Shown here: positions 40,572 to 53,700 of the stretch, piece after piece
Numbering within the stretch: the first letter of the stretch is position 1
Layout of the letters: each line of letters begins with the position of its first letter
Assembly: GCA_904063045.1 (NCBI GenBank)
Contig: CAJFCJ010000021.1
Location: 876,367 to 940,366 of the forward strand
DNA: 64,000 bases
From: Dimorphilus gyrociliatus
Taxonomy: Eukaryota > Animalia > Annelida
Direction of reading: 5' to 3'
The notes under the pieces: generated by a model
What the model saw: only the letters and a program-made list of their open reading frames with translations
Database searches by the model: none
What the model was told of the DNA's origin: nothing
Translations under genes and position numbers: made by a program

Positions 40572-40894
40572 TTCAATTTTTGTGTTTTTTTTCTTTTGTT
40601 CTACAAACTCTTACGATTACTCAAACAGAGAATGAAAAATGTTGGTGGATGGATGGTTTAGTTATGGAAAGTGTATAAATTCTCTCGAGTAAGTGACACC
40701 TAAAGATTGATTGATTGATTACTTACTGCATTCAAATTTTTCATAGAAATCATAAGAATTATCTGGTTCGTAGTCTGATGTGCTACTTGAATATACATTG
40801 TGTAGCCAGCATTTGTTGGACGATTGATGATGATCTAATGATCTTTATATCATTTCTAATAGTTTATTAAGTTATGTTAAGAATGTTAAACTAC

Positions 40895-41221
40895 TTACTT
40901 GCAAGCTGTATATTGTGTACAGATCCCTTTACACTCTATCAAGGGAATATACTTGTAATCGTCACCAGACCACTCGGGTGGTATAAAGTGATTGCTTTCA
41001 ATATGATAATTAGGGTCTCTTCTATAGATACAAACTGGTAAAAAAAGAAAGAAGCATCTATAAGCAGATAGCAACTGCCCAGTGTATTCAATAAGATAGA
41101 AAAGTGGTAAAGAGATGATATCACGCATAACAAAATTGACTGTTTTACCCGTCTCCTCTATAGATACGTTCATTTTCAATGCAAATATTAAAAAAGAAAG
41201 TAACAGCATTTCATAGAACAT
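40895..41221 (-). CDS. Possible exon(s) of an unknown secreted protein
   Basis: Hydrophobic N-terminus, a non-repetitive Cys-containing segment ending at a strong gtaagt donor; the downstream exon is unresolved. Confidence 0.3.
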   Translation of the reverse strand: MFYEMLLLSFLIFALKMNVSIEETGKTVNFVMRDIISLPLFYLIEYTGQLLSAYRCFFLFLPVCIYRRDPNYHIESNHFIPPEWSGDDYKYIPLIECKGICTQYTACK

Positions 41222-42241
41222 TTTCCTCTTCTTCTTCTTCTTCTTCTTCTTTTCTTCCTCTTCTTAATTTGCAAAATGATAAGTAAATTAAATACTGGTT
41301 GATAATTCTTAAAACACACAATATGTACGTGATATTTTCCACTGTAAGATATCAATATTCAATTTTCCTATTGAGTCTATCTTTCTTGTTTGTTTCAAAA
41401 TCTATATGTTGTAGACTAGATCAGTAGGAATAAAAAGTCACCTTCTCTTCCAATTTCTATGGTGTTTACTAATTGGTGATTATGAGAAGGAAACGAAACA
41501 AGAAACTCTCTATATAGATAGGCAAATAAATACATGCGTTTGCTTTGCAAGTGGTTTTCTAACAGAAAGAGAATTTCAGCTAAGAGAGCAGACTTCTTAG
41601 CGATTTGTATATGTTCATTTCCAAGAAAATTACGATGGGTTCATGGACTAGTGAGAGAAAGATCGTAATGAAATATTAATAAAGAATATTTATTACGCGT
41701 CAAAGATAGCTTAAAAAGTCATTCTGGTTTCCTATAAATGATGTAGGATTTTTTATTTACATTTACTGAATTTGCTCCATACTCGTCCAAAACGGTTTGG
41801 TCAACTTACGTCAATTGAATAGCACATTTACCCTCCTATATAATTGGGCTATTGATTACAGACGGAAATTAGTAACAAACTATCAGGGCAGAGTAATTGA
41901 ACTCGTTACATTGGCATTTCTTTACTAAGAATAAAAGAGTTTACAAAGGAAAAAGCATTAAAATTAAAATTCCAAGTATAATAAATAATTTATAATTAAA
42001 ATCTCCAACGAGTATATTCAAGCCTTTCCCTCTGGGATTCGTTTAACCATTCATTTTTCCAACAAACATCTCACAGCTACTGTCGTTTTTTATACTCTTT
42101 CTAATTATCGTATAGGAGAGATTATACGCATTATATTGCATAACAAACAATGGTTTTTAGATAACAAACAGCCTTAGTTGGCTATGTGATATGTCTATGT
42201 TTAGAATCGAACATACTAATTAGCATCACAATCAACAAGTC

Positions 42242-42314
42242 GGTTCCATAGTGTAGTGGTTATCACGCTCGCTTAACACGCGAGAGGTCCTGAGTTCGAT
42301 CCTCAGTGGAACCA
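42242..42314 (+). tRNA. tRNA-Val(AAC), fully paired copy
   Basis: 73-nt cloverleaf with all stems paired and a downstream T-run. Confidence 0.96.
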
Positions 42315-43627
42315 TAATTTTTTACTTTTCAATCCAATAGAAAAGATATATTGAATATTGCGTTCTATGTATGTATGTATGTATGTATGTATTTACGTAT
42401 GTGTGAAAGACAGACAGACAGAAAGACAGAGAGAGTACTCTTTACTGTCTAGTTTTACTCTGCAATTAAGCCTTGTTCGGTTTCGCCAATTGAAACCATA
42501 TAGAATTATTGGCATGCGGACGGTAATATCTTAATAAACGATAATCAACTTGCTTTTTCACTTGGTGAAATATGCAAGTCTTTTCAATAGACAGCCGCTG
42601 TAAATTATAGAGGAATAATGAATGATATACGTTGTTTCCCATAGGCTAAAGACCGCTTAAAAACTTTCTTTTTGACTGTAAGAATGGGAAGGAATTAAGA
42701 AATGGCGTGAAGAATTAATAATAAAAAGCATTAGACAATAGATCATTTCTTGTTATATATAATATATAGCTCTGCTTTGGCACTTTCTTCTTCTTCGTAT
42801 GTTGGAACAGAATCTTCTAAAGTTTTAATAATTTCTTCAAATCGTTTATAATTGCTATACCATCTATCCATTTCCGTTCAATTAAGTTGATATAGTAAGG
42901 ATGAAAGGTAGCCTGTGTTATATGCGTATTGAAAATGAACAAGAAAAACAAAACTTTTGATTAATGTGCGAATCTTGATTATTGTCATTTTTGGATTGTT
43001 AAATAATGAGCTAAGCTTCGGAAAAGAATTAATAAAGTTACGTGTAGAATATTTACGAGTGTTGGTTACTGTTTAGCCTTAATAAATCATTATATAAAAC
43101 ATTAATACAAGTTGAAATAATGTAAAATTGACGAGCTGTCTTTATTTTTGAATAGTTGTGTTTTTTGGATTGAACTCTTCCTGGTAATATTTTAATTATA
43201 CTTTCCCTTTGCAAACAAAATTCCAACGCTCTAGTAACTTTACTTGTAATATCGATACATTTATTCATTTATTGATTAGACTGGTATTCATTTTTCCTTT
43301 CTTCCACCCCTCTACATATAAATAAATCTCATTTACACAATTACCTAACATTTACCTTTCGTTCAATTTCCATTCAATTCCAGTCTGTGAAAGGACGTCA
43401 TTGGCTATTTTTATTTCTCTCCTCCTACTATTCTCTGCCCTTCTTTCCATTAGGTATTTGTCTTTATCCAGTCTTCTTACTCTTCATTTTCTACAATCTA
43501 CTTATCCGTATAATCTAATGATTAAAGTCTAATGTATATTTCGTTTCTTTCTATTCAATCATATTCAGTTCAATAGATCTTTTATTTTCGTGTTTTCCAT
43601 TCTGTTTAGGTTACGGGATATAGGAAC

Positions 43628-44797
43628 ATGGCGAATTCGTTATTGCTTTTCGACGAACTGGAATGCGGATTATGCTTTGATAGACTTTTCGAAAATGATC
43701 CTAGAAGTTTACCTTGTAATCATAAATTCTGCTTTGTTTGCCTTATTGGATTGAAAAGTGATAAAGATGATCGTTCGAATACGTTCACTTGTCCCCGATG
43801 TAATAAACAACACGTTTGGCCTCTCAACGGTCCGAATGGCTTTCCAACTTGCTTGAATTCCGATACTTCAGATTCCGCTTCCAAAAGATCCGTTTCAAAT
43901 GCGTCCTCTAGAGCTCAATCACAAACCACACTGAGAAGGTCTGAAGACAGAGTGAATCATTGGCTAACACTCAATCTACCTTCGAGCAGACGCGATAAAG
44001 AATCGCTGGATACCACTTCGACCGTCTACCTAAATTCCAACAAAGAATCGTCCACCGTACTCAGTCCGCGTGCAATCAGCATACACGGAGTCCTCTGTGG
44101 AAAGTTAATAGATGGAATGCTAAATCATAATATTAACGAATGCAAGAAAGACGACAGTCGACAATTACCCAAAATATCTTTGACAAACAAACAAGTGAAT
44201 TTCCTTAATCATTGCAACGTCGCCTACGAAAACGTCAGAAAGGAAATAAGAAGAAATAAAGAAAGATTAACGGACGATATAAGTAAAAAATTACATATGT
44301 GTATAACAGAAGTCGAAAGTCTAGTTACAAAATTGTGGGATGGCACTATTAATAGAAGACAAGCGAGGCAAAAGTTGAGTCTGCTGGAGAGGAAACATTT
44401 CGTGCTAATTCCTCTCCGAAACGTCGAAATAGCTAGATTTAAAAGAAACGATTCGGAAAATTCAATATTCGACAGTTTTATTATGGCAAAGGAAAGGAAT
44501 GAAAACAGCTTTGAAGAAAATGTCAAACTTTATAAGGCGATTGTTAAGGGAAACTTTGAAAAGTTTCTTTCTGAAATTGAACAAAACTTTAAAGATCTCA
44601 TTAAACAATTGGAATTGAATAAGAGGAAATTGGATAATGAAATCATTCAAAAGATAATGAATGGAGGTCAGAATAATTTTGAATATCAATTCGTACCGAT
44701 ATTAGATTTACAAATTGGGCGTTTTAAAAGAGTGACAATACTTGAAAGTCGTAGAAATTTTATGCAAAGTTTGAGCGAAACAATGTCAAGATGTTGA
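43628..44797 (+). CDS. RING-HC (TRIM-type) finger + coiled-coil protein, intronless CDS
   Basis: CGLC..LPCNHKFCFVC..CPRC gives a C3HC4 RING, followed by a Ser-rich linker and a helical C-terminal half. Confidence 0.85.
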   Translation: MANSLLLFDELECGLCFDRLFENDPRSLPCNHKFCFVCLIGLKSDKDDRSNTFTCPRCNKQHVWPLNGPNGFPTCLNSDTSDSASKRSVSNASSRAQSQTTLRRSEDRVNHWLTLNLPSSRRDKESLDTTSTVYLNSNKESSTVLSPRAISIHGVLCGKLIDGMLNHNINECKKDDSRQLPKISLTNKQVNFLNHCNVAYENVRKEIRRNKERLTDDISKKLHMCITEVESLVTKLWDGTINRRQARQKLSLLERKHFVLIPLRNVEIARFKRNDSENSIFDSFIMAKERNENSFEENVKLYKAIVKGNFEKFLSEIEQNFKDLIKQLELNKRKLDNEIIQKIMNGGQNNFEYQFVPILDLQIGRFKRVTILESRRNFMQSLSETMSRC

Positions 44798-45160
44798 CAA
44801 CTCGTTCATCTTTTTCTCTTCTATCCTTTTATATCAACTTTGTATCATAATCTAGTCAGATATTTTTTTATAATTAATCTTTAATAAATATAAATAAATA
44901 CTGTTGTTTACTACTGTTTGTAGTATGCGTTGACAAGTTAACGACAATGAACAGTGTCTGCCAACGTCGTACAATATTCGTAGAGTAATTAATTAATCAA
45001 ACGCAAAAGTTACTCTTCACTTTACAGTAAAGCCATCTATTGGTTCAAAAACACAACGAAAGTCTTTATGTCTTTATTTTGTTTCACAAGTGTTATGAGT
45101 TAGCATTTATTGAACAATTTTATTCATACTCATTTATTAAGTGACTGTTATTAATGTAAC

Positions 45161-45193
<33 letters not shown>

Positions 45194-45429
45194 TACATTT
45201 GTTTATTGCGCTTGATAATCATGTCTACAATTAATTGAAATATCTCCAAGTCCAATCTGAATAGTAGTGTGAAAATAATTGAATTATAACAGTCAAAATA
45301 GTAGGTTTCTATAGTGAATTAAAATATCAATCAGTCGTCAGACTATTGTATTGTAAAAGTAGTTTGTGTGTTTTAATATGAATTTGGTAATGAGAGATAT
45401 TTTGAAGATAATATGAAAAATTTACTTAC

Positions 45430-46115
45430 GATATCCGTATAATTCAAAATTTACAGATCCATAATGACCACTTGTTGGAATTATACGAAAATATTTAGTT
45501 GAAAAAATTTTATTAGGTAGATTTATACGCTTTGTTGTATTCCAAGTAGCAGCCGTTAGACCGTCAAATATCTTGTTTTCGTTTCAAACACATTAATATC
45601 TTTAAATACAAATAAAATGAATACTTTTATACTTACAACAACTATGCCATTTTCTTTATATTCAATTAGAGAATTTGCTTCAGTGCCGTACTTGACTTTG
45701 AATTTTCTTGTGTAATATTTTTCATTAACTGAATTTGTAATAAAAGCCGAACCTAAAAGATCTAGTGCGTAGATGTCGTACAAGTTGCCTTTAAATTAAA
45801 AAAATCAACATATTTATCTCTTTACTAAATACATTTTTAAGAATTTCCTATTGTTTGAAAAGGAAAAGGATATTTACCAAGAGCAACTTGTACATAACCA
45901 TTAGCGTAATTATTGGTATGCCACGAGGAACCATTCCAAGGAATTTCTATTCTACTGAAATGTGCTTTACCCGAATATGTATTACTGGCGGTAAACGAAG
46001 AATCCGGAAAAAGTGTTTTATTGTAGATTCCAATCTTAAAATTTGTGGAATGCTCTGACGATTCAACATATTCACACTTGAAAATATATATGACAATGAG
46101 CAAGACCGCGGTCAT
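45430..46115 (-). CDS. Secreted F5/8 type C (discoidin) domain protein, 3' end unresolved
   Basis: Signal MTAVLLIVIYIF. Exons give SSFTAS..SW..YVQVALG | NLYDIYALDLLG..KFKVKYG..YKENG | IFDG..KYFRIIP..FELYGY; a donor at 45430 implies a further exon. Confidence 0.8.
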
Positions 46116-46604
46116 TTGTGGATTTTCTCTCCGTAAGTTTGGGTATAATATAAAGTTGCTTGTGAAAGACATATAAATAACTTAAACACCGGTCAATTTA
46201 TCAATAAGTCACCATAATGGAAAACAATAAATTTGATTAATAAATAAACAAATAGCAAAAGACAATTTCAGCAAACAAGAAGAGAATAGCATTCCTCTCT
46301 TGCATTGATAGTAGCTTGGAAAAATGTTTCCTATACTCTTTTCTCTAGTTCCCTTATCACTTGGATAGTCCCCTACAAGTGTTGCCCTACAAAGAAAACC
46401 GATAGAAAACCAACTAGTCGTTTTATTATTAATCAGAATAGTTTATTCGTTTTCGTGCATTTAGATATATTTCAATTGCAGAAATGAAAGAAAGATAATT
46501 GAAGATAACCTTCCTCTCATTCTAAATCCTTTATCCTGTTTCAAAAACGAATTTTAACTTTTCTTTCTTTTCCTTTTTCAATTCGATCATTTCGCTGTTC
46601 GTTT

Positions 46605-46805
46605 CTAAGCAGAACCTTCCATCATTTTATCATCTCCAGACCAATCAACGTCAGAAGCCATAACTAGCTGTTTAACAGTTTAATAACAATTAATGAAATG
46701 TTAGATATACCTGTACAGAATGATTATCTTGCCAACCTGACTAGCTGCCAATACGCCCATAACTACAACGTATAGAGAAACGAGTGTCTTAGCCAGAAGA
46801 TTCAT
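46605..46805 (-). CDS. Candidate small secreted peptide (43 aa, 2 exons)
   Basis: Exon 46805-46737 MNLLAKTLVSLYVVVMGVLAASQ joined in phase 0 to 46667-46605 LVMASDVDWSGDDKMMEGSA*; sits downstream of a TATA/Inr pair. Confidence 0.4.
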
Positions 46806-46853
46806 GGTTTTCTTTCTTTCCTTTTCTGTCTTGTCTTCAGTGAAGATTTAAGC

Positions 46854-46891
46854 GAATGATGATCTACAGACAGTCTTCAGCACTTTATATA
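46854..46891 (-). promoter_or_regulatory. TATA box + Initiator
   Basis: Minus strand TATATAAAG (46891-46883) lies 31-34 nt upstream of TCATCATTC, an Inr-like sequence. Confidence 0.5.
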
Positions 46892-47775
46892 CCCTCTTCT
46901 CTTACCGCCAACATCTGCTGAATGTTGCTATTTAAATAGTGAAATATTTAATTTAGTCATTTTTTTTTATATAAAATATAAAGAAACGTTTTCTTACAAA
47001 TAGAATTCTTTTACTTTTTCATCATAAAAGATTCTTTATTCGGAATAAATAAAGAAAAAATTTCTAGACTATTCTCTTTACATTTTTTTTATATATAGAA
47101 ATATATGACGCAAAACGTTGAAGTGCAACAAAATAGAAACGCAACGATGCTTAATGTAAAAATCTTTTGAGGAGATACTTTGAACAAGCCACGGCTATCA
47201 AACCATCATTTGTGTCATAAAAGCGAGTGGGAGCTAGCAATGAAAGTGCTATAAACGTCTATATCTACTGTATAAATTTATACAGTATATGTATAGTATA
47301 TAGAGGTTAATTTCTTTTCACTTTAAACTACTACTACAACATCATCAACAACAACTACTACTACTGCTTCTACTATCGGTAAACCCTATTTACAGAAGAA
47401 CCCTTATCAACACGTTTCTTTCAATCTCTCTTAATCAACGTTTAATTCATTAAAAGTTACCGACAACAAAAGAAGTCTTCAAATGGTTGATTTGAACAAG
47501 AATAACTAGTGCCCTCCTTTAACAGCCGTCTTTTTTCTATCCTATAAACTCTTGTAAAATAGGATACTTAATAGAGGAATAATATTTAATATTTAACTCT
47601 AATGAAATTATTTAGTGTCACGTAAGTAATTTATTTGTTCAGCTTATCAATAAAACAAAATTGCATACAGCCTATCATCAAACAAATTATATACATCATT
47701 CAATGAAAAATGTAGCATATATAATTTATTAAAAGTTATAAGACGTCTTTTTTTACAACAATCGCAAGATTTTCA

Positions 47776-50700
47776 TCAAGTAAATACAGCTGTTTCCAAA
47801 GTTCTCTTAACAAAATATCCATACGCCTCAATGTCCGTAGTCGTATTTTCACCATTCAATATTCCATATTCAGCCGGAATTATAAAAAATGAACAAACGC
47901 TTTTCTTGCGCTAAAATAGAAATCAAAACGGTTGTATTGGCAATATATAATTGTGGTTGTAGTTATTGTCCTAAATTTTACGTGAATAAAGAGATAAAAC
48001 CTCAAAATATATCATCGATTCGTTAATATTTCCACTTAGTGTAAATCCATAAGAATGACAATGCTTTAATGCTACTATGCAATCTTTTAAGCAACCAACA
48101 AACGACTTTATCTCGAATTTCATCATCTCACCACCTAAACTATGAAGAAACTTCTCTGCATGCCCAGTTGCCAAATGATTATCATAAAAGCTATTTATAA
48201 ATTCTAAATCTATTTAACAAAATAAAAAGCAACCCTTGACACAAGCAATTGTTAAATCTACAGAATAAAGATGAAAAGAGGGGAAACAATTGTTTTACAT
48301 ACTTTCCTTTTCAACTCTGGCTATTAAATTTTCCTTTCCTTCATTTCTATATCAAAAAAAAGTCTTTGAATTAATTAATATCTCATTAGCCGATTACCGA
48401 CTAATTGCTAACAAACAACATATACGGTCTCTACTTACTCTCTAACAATCTCTTCTAAACGTTTCTTCCGTTTCAGTTTTAACATTTCACCAAAGTAGTA
48501 AAAATATGGGTTAATAATTGAATTAATCGGAGCAAACACAATCACAATCCAAGTATAGGCTTCGTTACTAAAATATAATTCAACGAATAAAGATGTTATA
48601 CCTAAAATTGAAAACAATTAACAACAACCCAAATTCAAAAAACTAACAATAAACTACAATAATTTACCCATCAGAGATATCGGAAGCCAACATAATACAT
48701 TTGATAATGTTATCCAATAAATAGATTGCGAAATAAATACTTTTTCTTTATTTATACTAATAAAACTCCTATTTCGCTGATTAATTAATTTTATGACGCA
48801 AATGTACACTATTGAGTTAATTATTGCTATCAAAAACATTAGTATTCCATAAATGGCGAATGAATACAACGTATCCTCATCTTTATTGCTCCGGACTTGA
48901 AGTTTAAAACATATTGGCGAATTGTTTAAAAAGTTCTGAAAAGTTGGTAAAACAAACACCAATCCATTGTTATAGAAAACATCTTTATCGTTAACAATTA
49001 AACAGTTGACGTTACCTCGTAGAACAAGATAGGAAAAATAGCCAGCGCTAAACTCACACACAGTAAGCTAATGGTACTTGCGCTCACAACTTTAATACCT
49101 AAACGAGGATTCAAAGGAAATTTGATGGCGTAGAATCTTTCGAAACTTATACACAGAAGATTCAACGACGAGTATAATACAGAAAAGTTCATCATTGAAC
49201 CCAAAAATTTACAAAACAATCCCGAAGTCCACGCTTGTTCGTACTCGAAAAATTTCCCTCTGAAATAGACGTCCGCCGAACCAACAATCATTAAGTACAA
49301 ACAAGTAATTAGGTCGGCAAAAGACATTGAAATGTAAAAGAAATGCGTAGGTCTCCTGAAATGGAATATCCTGAACAAAAGCGATAAAGAATTACCCACA
49401 ATTCCACAAATTGCGTAAAGCCATAGAATCACTTTCAGAGCATTGGACGCCAAAAGATCGGAACAAGTGTTGAATAGAGAAGTGGAAGGAAAACACGATT
49501 CGATAGATTTCAAATACTTCCACGCAAAGCAACACAAAATGAAATATTCGCTTTTCACTATCTTTACACTTTTCAAATTTGAAATGAGAGTTTTCACGTT
49601 TTCCATTGGAAATTTCGTTTCCGACAAATCCAACTTATGGAGGCGATTCTCCCTCAGAAACCAATTGTCCATCTGCTTTATTGCGCAACCTCTAAGCAAA
49701 AGTACAACCAACTTAGCCAAATTGGCGAATGCGTCTATCGACAGAGAATTTATCTTGGTAAAAGATAAATCAAAGTATCTGACATTCGAGAAATATTTCC
49801 CGCTCAACAATTCAGTTAGAGGATTAAACGACAAATCCAAATGTTGCAAAAGAACATTCGGAATTTTCATAACGTTTTTCATAGATTCAAGTTTGTTTCG
49901 TTTCAAATTCAACAAAACCAAATTTGGCGCGTCAAAGTGAGCGATGAAATCTCGTATATTGCAATTTTGTATTTGAATACTCGCCAGACTGTTCGATTGG
50001 AAATTGCCGTTCAATTGTCTGTAATTTTCAATCAATAGTTGTTTAGTTCCTCTCAGATGATTAACGAGAGATAAATGAAGAGTTTGATATTGATTGGAGG
50101 ATGTGCAAGAGAGATTATAGGCGGGTGACAATGAACAATGGGGCGGATAATCGTTAGTGCGATTAGGACAGAAGACTTCGTCATTAGCATATTTGCAATT
50201 GATAATACCGTCACACACTTTTGTCATCTTTAAATATAACAATTGATTTTTACATTTGAAAAATCCGCTTGGTCGAAAATCATCTTTATTCGAAGAAAGA
50301 ATGCAAATGAATACAACTTGGCCAATGTGTTGCCGACTACAGATTATTACCGCAATGTAGCTCGTCTTCATTATACCAACAATGATTGATACCGTCGCAA
50401 ACCTGTTCGATTGAAATACAGTATTTCGCAGTTTGGCATAGAAATTCGCCTTTATCGCATGATTGTTTTTCACAGTTTGCCAAATCTGAAAGTGGATAAA
50501 GTTTTGCGTTGGAATTTCCATTGGAATTATATTTCAAATTGCATGTTTTTTGATATTTTGAACTATGATAAAAGGAATTGAAATTTTAATAACTCGGTAA
50601 TGATTAAATTATTACCGTAATTGATAAGTTTGTTTCAAGATACCGTAACAACTGTCCCAGTCCTCATCTTCGAAATCAAGACAGTTGTAGACCATATTAC

Positions 50701-53700
50701 ACTTGTACGATAAATTTATACAGGTTTTGTCGCAATAAAACTGATGCTGAGGATTACATTCTAACGGAACGGACGACTGTTATCTATAAATTATCGTCTA
50801 AATATGTTCACCTTCGTACTGCTTTGAATATTTGAGCCGTTTCTACGTATTTGAAAGTTAATGCATTTCTCATCGGTGAGATCGAAACAATTTCTTTCGT
50901 CGTTGCAGACATCTTTCAACTTTAGACATTGTCCATTTGCGCAGGAACTGTTGATCGTGTTAGGTTTATTGGCCGAATAATCTTTCTACTACGAAGTTGG
51001 TTACCTTTCTGCTTGGCTACACCTTAATTTTTCTTTTTAAAGATATTTGAAATAAGGAATTTGTGAATAGATTCGAATGATAAAGATAAGATGTTTATAT
51101 TACTGCAAAAACGCTCGTCTGATTTATCGGCACAGTCATGTTGAAAGTCGCAAAAGAATTGTATCGGTATTCTTTGATTAGAGGAGGGACAATGAAAGTG
51201 TTGATTAGGAGGACAATTAATTTCATCTTCTCCCGAGAAGCAATCATTTTCACCGTCGCAAACGTTAATGTAGCTTATGCATATTTCATCTCTGATGCAA
51301 TGGAAACTAGATTGCGGACATTGAACCGATATATGTGTATAAATATTCCAATTGTGGAGGGAACTCTTCGAAGAGGCTGTTGTAACGTTAAAGTGAATTT
51401 CATTAATAATCAAACCAAATTGAACAATCGCCGACAAACCGAAAGATTTTTGACAAAGGAACGGAGCGTCACTTTTTGCAAAGCAAGAAGTGGATACTTT
51501 TTTAAAAGTTATCGAGATTATTCTTGCATCGAAAAATCTTCTCCTTACGTAAAGGCATTTACTCGTTTTATCGATAGTTATCGGTGCTCTATATAAGAAA
51601 AGTGAAAACATCCTAGATCTTATAGTCTCTTCACTTTTGTCTTTCGTAATATTTATCTTCTGCAAAGTGAATTAATGGATTAATTACACTTATTATTGAC
51701 TGTGTTTGAATAAATGCAACAAGTTTTCCATTACAATATAGTCGATATACGACGATAACAGCTCCAATGGTTTATTTGTCTGAGTTGTTAGAACCTTCTT
51801 CCCTTCGGAGTTGGACACTTCCTTCAAAACTGAAATTGCGAATGAACTAATACTTTTGACTCGTTAATTGTGTTTGTTGTTTACTAGCAGGATGACTTAG
51901 CAGCAGTGTCTCGCCGCCTAGAATAGTAAAATAGTTAACCACCAATTTAGAGTTTGTATTTGACGGATTGCCGTATGGCAAAGAGAACTCTAAAAAGAAT
52001 AAATAACTATAAACATGGACTGGAAAATTTAACGGTTCGTCTAAAAGAGTAAGATTCTTTTCTCTGCAGAATCTATCCATATCCAGTATGGTCATCTTGT
52101 CTTTCGGTTTGATTAAGTAATAGCATGTATCTAATATTTTGTGACTATATTCGTATTTACAATCTGCGACAGTTACTTCAAAATTTTACAGTATTCGTTA
52201 GTATGTAAGGCCCCTTACCCATCGTCTTACGCCTAACGCATCTGATTAGGAATGTATTAGTTATTCTTACTAATTCACTTTGAATATTAAAACAATGAAA
52301 TGTTATGAGAGTATCTTTTCTATTAGAGATTATCTTTCTACTTACTTGTCGTAGGCACTGAAACCAGGAAATTCTCTTCTTGTTTGTTTACAATTTTCCA
52401 GTAAGGTATCATTTCTTTCGCAGTTTAACTCGAACAATTTATAAAACGCGCCGTAATTGTCGAATGCAGCATCGAAAGGTACTAGTGTACCCGATAGAAA
52501 TCCGAAATGTTGACATATTAGATCCACCTCAAAATCTTGCATTGAATTTACAGAAAATCCAATCCAATGCTTTGAACTATAAGACTGAAGAGAGCCCTGA
52601 TATTCTTTTACATGTTTATCAACTCTTTCGTACAGGTGATACTTTTGTTTATTGTATAATCTAAACTTTTTATCTAGAAAGAGAAAGTAAAAGAGACGAT
52701 GAAAGAAAATTATTCTATCGGCTCAACGGCAAAATGATAAAAAGAATACAATCGACTTTTTATAGATTCATCATCTTTCAAGCAAGGAATGTTGAAGAAG
52801 TAGGTATCGTAAGAAGGATTTTGTATTGAACAAGAAATGAAATCTTCGCCATCCTTAATACAATTTGTAAACGTCAAATTATTCGTCATATTTCTCTGTC
52901 ACATACAGTATTACAGCAATTATAGTATAAACTAAACTTCATAAAAAAATGGACGCAGTAAATTTTGATAGGCCAACTTTTAATTAACAGTTAAAATTGT
53001 TTTTTCGCTGTAAATTATTGTTTTTGGTCTAAATTTCTATAAAAAAAGGGTTATACTTACGTCATTTTCATCAATTTTTTATTTATTTGGCCGCACTTCA
53101 TAATTATTGGAACGGTCACTTGACATCTGATTTGGCATTCAAATAGATGTTGCAAAAAACATTTTTTTCAACATCTTTGATTTTCTAAGTTATCTTTATC
53201 AATTAATTGTTAATTTCATTTATATTACTTTATTTTTATTGTACTTTTTTAAATATGACGTGGAGTAAAGACATTAGGGAGCTTGTATTCAAGAAATACA
53301 ATGAATTACAAAAACTACAAGCCACTGCATGAGCTTTAGGAATGGCACCCTCTTCTGTTAGCAATGTTTTAAGGTATCAAACACCAGAAGAGGAGAATAG
53401 AGGTTGTCCAAAGAAACTTATGGAGAGAGATATAGGCAGGATGAAGAGGGCTATACAGCAAATGAAAATAAATAAGGAGAGGGTGACAGCAAGAAAAATT
53501 TTGAAAGAGTTAGATGTAGATGTTAGCCTATTAACCATTCAAAGGGAGCTGAAAAAACAAAAATTTAGGTATAAGTGAGTTAGCCAAACAACAAATCTTA
53601 CAAAAAATAATTGCAAGAGGAGAAAAAGTTTCTGTCTTCAGATGATCAGTGATAATCTAGACTGGTCTAAAGTAATTTTCACCAATGAGGCTAGATTCTC

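Noticed and set aside
42480-43270. Short minus-strand coding-like fragments
   Set aside because: Interrupted by stops and not assignable
4990-43630. Splice acceptors just upstream of several ATGs as evidence of SL trans-splicing or operons
   Set aside because: Plausible cis donors exist upstream for STPG2 and Ran, so ordinary 5' UTR introns explain the pattern
49443-49940. Plus-strand 165-aa ORF duplicated at 58088..58585
   Set aside because: Antisense shadow of the LRR exon; duplicated only because the tract is near-identical
48998-50521. ORF 48998..50521 (and 57643..59016) as complete proteins starting at their first Met
   Set aside because: Their N-termini read through introns and a different-frame LDLa exon; they are internal exons of larger receptors
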